16,769 nucleotides of DNA from assembly GCA_027053075.1 (NCBI GenBank), contig JALUEE010000034.1, forward strand, positions 1 through 16,769, written 5' to 3'. Shown in pieces: positions 14,654 through 16,769 of this stretch. Every line of letters starts with the position of its first letter. The stretch's first letter is position 1. Under the pieces are notes generated by a model. That model saw nothing but the letters and a program-made list of their open reading frames with translations, was not told where the DNA came from and did not search any database. Origin of the DNA: a candidate division WOR-3 bacterium (GTDB taxonomy: Bacteria; Hydrothermota; Hydrothermia; B15-G9; WFZT01). The position numbers and the translations under genes are program-made.

Positions 14654-16035
14654 AGGTCTTTGTCTGAAAAAACATAAGCACTGAATTTGTAAATTTCAAC
14701 TCCTGGTTCCTTCCAGCAGCCCGGAGACAGCCCTGCCTTCAGACACGTGTTGTCAAGGAATTCGTACCTGTCCCAGCCATACTCAACAGGTACCTGTGGA
14801 AGCAGCACTCCCTGATAATATCCAGCCCTTATGAGCAATCCGTGCTTTCCGACCTCAATCTCGTTTATATCTTCAACCTTCTCAAGAGGTGTGAGAACTG
14901 AAATCTCAAATTCAAGGTCATCGAATTCCTCCGGTCGCACAGGGGAGAACCTTGGGTCATTCACCGCGGCCTCACCTGCCACCTCAGCCGTTGCAATATA
15001 AAGGGGCTTGATGGGAATGACATAACCTATACAACCTCTCAAAACACCTCTATTTTTAAGCGTCACAAACACACCTGATGGCCTGGCCAGCTTTTCTGTG
15101 GGTGGTGGGGGCGGCGTGTAACTCCTGCCTCTGATCCTGTTGTAAACTGCCTCTTTTGCTATCTGCATGAGGTATTCCTTTTCTTCACGGGTCAAATACT
15201 CCTCTTCCCTTTCCACCCTGGAAATTGCAACCGAGGCGTACCCCACAACGTAGCCTTCAAATCTTCCCGTAACTCTTGCGGAGTTTGTATAGGCAAGAAG
15301 TTGAATATTAACTGGAGACAATTTCTTAAGAGTGGCGATAACAGTCGCAATTGGGCCGGCACCACACGCCATTGCCCTGCCGGTGTGATTCTCCTCGATT
15401 AACCCCTTTTCGTCACCATTCAAAATTAATCCCACCGTGTACGCATCGGTCTTTTCGCATTCCTCAACAGAGTAACCGTGGTAAAGGTCCGAGCTTGCAA
15501 CGAGCAGAAAATCAGACTCATTTTCAAGCACCTTTGAGAGGCCTCTACTTGCCGCTTCCATGGTAGGGACATCCTGGACTCCCATCATTATTGGAACGAT
15601 TTTGAAATCATCGAGTACATACTGAAGAAAGGGAACTTGAACCTCGAGGGAATGCTCGTTCACATGCACATCAAGGTCGGGCACAAAAATGGGATTGGAA
15701 TCAATGATCTTATCTGCAAGCTCTTCATCGATACCCACCTCTCCAAGCGGAGTCAGCCAGGAACCTCTATTGTAGACAGCCATGCCCGTAAAAGGCACCT
15801 GATGACTCGGCCCTATCAATATAACTTTTTTAATTTTCCTACCCTTTAGCGTCTTGTAGCCGGTTGCGGCAATTACTCCAGAATACACATAACCTGCATG
15901 GGGCGATACAAGACCCATAAGGTCTCCTTTGACCTCCCTCTCCTCTGCTCTATCAAACAATTCTTTGAGCAGAGAGAGCAACTCCTCTCTATCCGATGGA
16001 TAAAAGCTACCAGAAAATGTTGGTTTTCTAATCAT
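14644..16035 (-). CDS. amrB: Fused AmmeMemoRadiSam proteins B (MEMO1 family) and A (AMMECR1 family)
   Basis: MEMO part: GSFYP, PHAGYVYSG, IGPSH, EHSLEVQ, SSDLYH, ACGAGP, VVGYAS. AMMECR1 part: GVFVTL, LRGCIG, DPRF, EISVLT, GKHGL, LLPQV. Start placed at ATG 16035 because GTG 16044 lies inside the SD GGGGGTG. Confidence 0.92.
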   Translation of the reverse strand: MIRKPTFSGSFYPSDREELLSLLKELFDRAEEREVKGDLMGLVSPHAGYVYSGVIAATGYKTLKGRKIKKVILIGPSHQVPFTGMAVYNRGSWLTPLGEVGIDEELADKIIDSNPIFVPDLDVHVNEHSLEVQVPFLQYVLDDFKIVPIMMGVQDVPTMEAASRGLSKVLENESDFLLVASSDLYHGYSVEECEKTDAYTVGLILNGDEKGLIEENHTGRAMACGAGPIATVIATLKKLSPVNIQLLAYTNSARVTGRFEGYVVGYASVAISRVEREEEYLTREEKEYLMQIAKEAVYNRIRGRSYTPPPPPTEKLARPSGVFVTLKNRGVLRGCIGYVIPIKPLYIATAEVAGEAAVNDPRFSPVRPEEFDDLEFEISVLTPLEKVEDINEIEVGKHGLLIRAGYYQGVLLPQVPVEYGWDRYEFLDNTCLKAGLSPGCWKEPGVEIYKFSAYVFSDKDLRP

Positions 16036-16087
16036 TTTCATCACCCCCGGTTTTTAAATAGTCAAGTGCGAAATATTTCAGACTTCT

Positions 16088-16344
16088 ATCAAATCCAAAA
16101 TTTTCATACATCATAAGTGCACATGAAATGTGTGCGAGAGATGATGGATGCCAAGTCTTCAAATTTCCTATCCCTTCCCCATTCTCCCCTAACCCCTCCT
16201 TCCCTGAGGGAAGGAGGGGTAATTTCTTGGCTTCCCGACAAAGGTTTCGACTCTGCTGATTTAAGCGAGAATAAAACTCACTCCCTTCCCTTTGGGAAGG
16301 GAGGGTCGGGGTGGAATGGGTGGTCAACAAAATTTTGAATGTAT
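16088..16344. repeat. Intergenic composite palindromic element (REPIN-like doublet), copy D
   Basis: Perfect hairpins CCCCTCCTTCCC-TGA-GGGAAGGAGGGG (16193-16219) and CTCCCTTCCC-TTT-GGGAAGGGAG (16281-16303) with mirror flanks; bounded by ATCCAAAATTTT and AAAATTTTGAAT. Confidence 0.65.
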
Positions 16345-16397
16345 CCATTCTTTTATTCACTGTATGGTTGTGCTTGTATAAAAAATTATAGCCGATA

Positions 16398-16769
16398 CTA
16401 TAAAATATACCTTGAGAGGTCCTCATCCTCAATTATCTCCGAGAGTCGCTTATCCACGTACTCCTCATTAATGATTACCTCTGTAACACCTGGCTTGGGT
16501 AGCTCAAATAAGAGTTCTTCAAGAAGATGACTCATCACAGTATGAAGTCGCCTTGCGCCTATATTTTCGGTTCTTTCATTGACGATAGCAGCGTACTTTG
16601 CAATTTTAGCGATGGCCTCATCGGTAAATTCGAGATTCACCCCCTCTGTTTCAAAAAGGGCCTTGTACTGTTTAACGAGTGAATTTTCCGGCTCCACAAG
16701 AATTCGCCTGAACTCATTCTCTCCGAGGCTGTCGAGCTCCACCCGAATGGGGAATCTTCCCTGAAGCTC
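16398..16769 (-). CDS. hslU: ATP-dependent protease ATPase subunit HslU (ClpY), C-terminal part; partial
   Basis: Open to the window edge: [52 protein letters not shown]. Confidence 0.97.
   Translation of the reverse strand, partial: ELQGRFPIRVELDSLGENEFRRILVEPENSLVKQYKALFETEGVNLEFTDEAIAKIAKYAAIVNERTENIGARRLHTVMSHLLEELLFELPKPGVTEVIINEEYVDKRLSEIIEDEDLSRYIL

Noticed and set aside
3062..16344. CRISPR array interpretation of the palindromic repeats
   Set aside because: Copies are dispersed, divergent and not regularly spaced; no cas genes.
16028..16432. 134-aa minus-strand ORF and 73-aa plus-strand ORF between hslU and amrBA
   Set aside because: They read through repeat element D (PTLPSQREG, LPSGKEGLGE are hairpin translations), and the longer one overlaps both neighbours.

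Overview
Bacterial chromosomal window, mostly ~40-45% GC by eye, densely coding and mainly on the minus strand. In order: the 3' end of an unidentified + strand ORF; a stand-alone NLR-like TIR-STAND(NB-ARC-type)-TPR gene; a ZIP metal transporter; a TPR/EamA/MFS operon; a secreted octaheme cytochrome c of the reductive (epsilon-type) Hao family downstream of a NarL-family two-component system; a TPR/HD/Fur cluster; tRNA-Arg(CCG); a fused MEMO1-AMMECR1 (AmrB-AmrA) gene; and the 3' end of hslU. Main points of interest: (1) the NLR-like gene has a Toll-like-receptor-like TIR domain and is a sharp GC mosaic, with 70-80% GC blocks spliced in frame into ~40-55% GC sequence; (2) the kinase has a DosS-like heme-GAF signature, and a palindromic operator lies upstream of the Hao gene; (3) the amrBA stop codon lies inside the tRNA; (4) related hairpin-containing MITE/REP-like elements occupy four intergenic regions. 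All calls come from reading motifs by eye and from recalled family knowledge; no searches were run.
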